Part shown: piece by piece, positions 63,585 to 64,000 of the stretch | Layout: every line of letters begins with the position of its first letter | How positions within the stretch are numbered: the first letter of the stretch is position 1 | Assembly: GCA_041395965.1 (NCBI GenBank) | Contig: JAWKZM010000008.1 | Span: forward strand, 4,669 to 68,668 | Origin: Halioglobus sp. | GTDB taxonomy: Bacteria; Pseudomonadota; Gammaproteobacteria; Pseudomonadales; Halieaceae | Direction of reading: 5' to 3' | DNA: 64,000 nt | The notes under the pieces: generated by a model | The model's database searches: none | Seen by the model: only the letters and a program-made list of their open reading frames with translations | Told to the model about the DNA's origin: nothing | Program-made: the position numbers and the translations under genes

Positions 63585-63840
63585 CACAGTATCTGGTGTA
63601 GCTCGCCGCATCGTTGGCAGTCCATTCGCCGAAGGGCTTGCTTGAGAGTTCATTACACCAGCTCTCGGAGCCCACCGCAGTGCCGTCAATGAGGCAATTG
63701 CGTGCATAGGTGACAGCATCTGAACTGCTCCACTGCGTTTTCGGCTGGGCTTCTTTCAAGGCGCACCATTGCTCGCTGCCGGGTTCGACGCTGCATGCTA
63801 CGAGTAACAGTGTGGCGCAAGTGATAAGTATGATACGCAT
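63577..63840 (-). CDS. Lipoprotein with two tandem DUF3012-like repeats
   Basis: Lipobox LVAC; two copies of GSExWC..x.P..xW.xxDA..Y.R.C. Confidence 0.8.
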   Translation of the reverse strand: MRIILITCATLLLVACSVEPGSEQWCALKEAQPKTQWSSSDAVTYARNCLIDGTAVGSESWCNELSSKPFGEWTANDAASYTRYCVI

Positions 63841-64000
63841 AGATTCAGTTCCCACTCTCGGTTTGAATACCTGATCCAGGCAAGGCGATTGCAACATAGT
63901 ACATGCAATTCCTGCCGGGCGCTCAATCTCCCGTGGTCAGGGAAACGTTGTAGATTCCGGCTTCACGTGCCGAGTCCACCACTTTTGCCACGGGCGCCAG

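Noticed and set aside
1-64000. CRISPR arrays, tRNA/rRNA, IS elements, integrases, prophage, defence systems, REP-type repeats
   Set aside because: None seen by eye: intergenic regions are short and non-repetitive and no ORF shows transposase, integrase, Cas or phage motifs. Dedicated scans were not run.

Overview
A core-genome window from a high-GC gammaproteobacterium. Gene order and protein style suggest a Halieaceae/Cellvibrionales-like lineage, which is inference only. It carries about 60 mostly housekeeping genes: ftsX-rpoH, trmB, hemW-rdgB-metW-metX-yggT-proC-yggS, pilT-pilU, ruvX-yqgE-tonB-gshB, a SahR-type SAM-cycle operon (sahR-metK-ahcY-metF-rsmE), tkt-epd-pgk-fba, serA and a D-2-hydroxyglutarate dehydrogenase-like gene, rpiA, ilvA, 6S RNA-zapA, pepP-ubiH-ubiI, gcvH-rlmI, rppH-ptsP, lgt-thyA-folA, a six-gene TtpC-type TonB operon, a cold-shock gene, glk-pyk and glpQ. 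About 15 genes, several essential, are broken by 1-bp indels, which most likely reflects uncorrected long-read errors rather than pseudogenes. I found no CRISPR array, tRNA, rRNA, IS or prophage. The most notable signals are: (1) a perfect CIRCE operator overlapping a sigmaE-like promoter, with an IHF site, upstream of rpoH; (2) a perfect 26-bp palindrome over the -35 of sahR; (3) an accessory TonB-dependent receptor plus TPR-sulfotransferase pair, the best candidate for an uncharacterised system; (4) a palindromic bidirectional promoter or operator between serA and the D2HGDH-like gene; (5) several apparently leaderless genes; (6) an unannotated 48-aa membrane microprotein; (7) a tandem-DUF3012 lipoprotein.
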